DNA of 63,845 bases, the filler included, from Intoshia linei (Eukaryota > Animalia > Orthonectida): NCBI GenBank assembly GCA_001642005.1. It is 5 parts of 5 records of this genome, joined end to end, with 100 filler letters (N's around TTAATTAATTAA, not from the genome) between each part and the next. Parts side by side here need not be neighbours in the genome. Positions count along the whole stretch, not along the records: positions 62,284 to 63,845 come from LWCA01002582.1; 4 more parts are not named here. One strand, 5' to 3'. Made by a program: the position numbers and the translations under genes. Shown here piece by piece: positions 63,031 to 63,845 of this stretch (position 1 is the first letter of the stretch; every line of letters begins with the position of its first letter). The notes under the pieces are model-generated. The model saw only the letters and a list, made by a program, of their open reading frames with translations. It was not told where the DNA came from and ran no database searches.

Positions 63031-63845
63031 CTGTAACTTATATATATACTGTAAATATATTTCAATAAGCACAAATTGAAATTTTGATTCAATAGACTAG
63101 TAAAAAAAATTTCATGTCATAGCTGATAATTTTATACTTTTACAAAACTCGTGTGTTGAATGCACTCACTCTTCGAGTTCATGCATCCAAAATGAAAATT
63201 ATGCACTAGACATGTATATAGCTATTTCACTACAAAACATTGTCTTAGTGCAAAAATATTGTCTGGTGTGAACAACATAGAATATTTTTAATTTTTTTGT
63301 AATATGGTTTGTAGGTAAAAAATTAATCTTAATATTTCAGATTTAACTTAGGTCTGTAGTGAATGAATTCTATAAAATTTAATAATAATAATAAGAATGA
63401 ATTTAATATAGGCAAATGTTAAGTGAAATTGCGTTATATAAGTGTAGTTTCGGTATTTCATTGTATTTTATTTTCATTGCTATGGTAATTATAATTATTT
63501 AAGTTGTGCCGTTTTTGTACATTACCGACTATACACTTCTAACGATCGAAGAATCCATTGTACCACATTATTTTCACAGCGACATAAGCTATTTAGTATA
63601 TCACACACATATATATACATCATATATTGTATTGTCGGTTAAACTTAACAAAATCGATGTAGTTTTTTCTTAATTATTGAATTTGTAGATTGTAGCACCG
63701 AAAATAAACTGTGTTAACTGTCGTGTTATAGAAGAGATTGGATATAGTTGCTATAAATGTAAAGGTATTATTATACAATCCAAGTCCAATAGACTTAGTC
63801 TATACTAATGGAACTTTTGATTTTTCAAAATGAATCAATTCCGTT

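Overview
Very AT-rich, intron-rich eukaryotic (metazoan) scaffold with many short (~30-45 nt) introns, four N-gaps and two single-N joins. The overall style suggests a reduced parasitic invertebrate such as the orthonectid Intoshia (inference only). Conventional genes: two tandem SLC16/MCT-like MFS transporters plus a fragment, a FEZF/earmuff C2H2 factor, a small secreted orphan, SENP/Ulp1 protease, NSA2, a two-Ig-domain probably GPI-anchored protein, SLC33A1 (minus strand) and the first exon of an arrestin-domain gene. Introns and spacers hold many hAT elements (several with perfect 8-bp TSDs), a non-autonomous Helitron family, a PHIS element nested in a Buster element, TA-flanked MITEs and a Gypsy 3' end. 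The main finding is in the apparent gene desert at 14.1-27.7 kb, which the ORF track misses. A signal-peptide exon is followed by about 31 symmetric phase-1 micro-exons (23 of them 3 nt) and a short terminal exon. These join into an open 75-aa secreted peptide, an extreme micro-exon gene predicted from sequence only.
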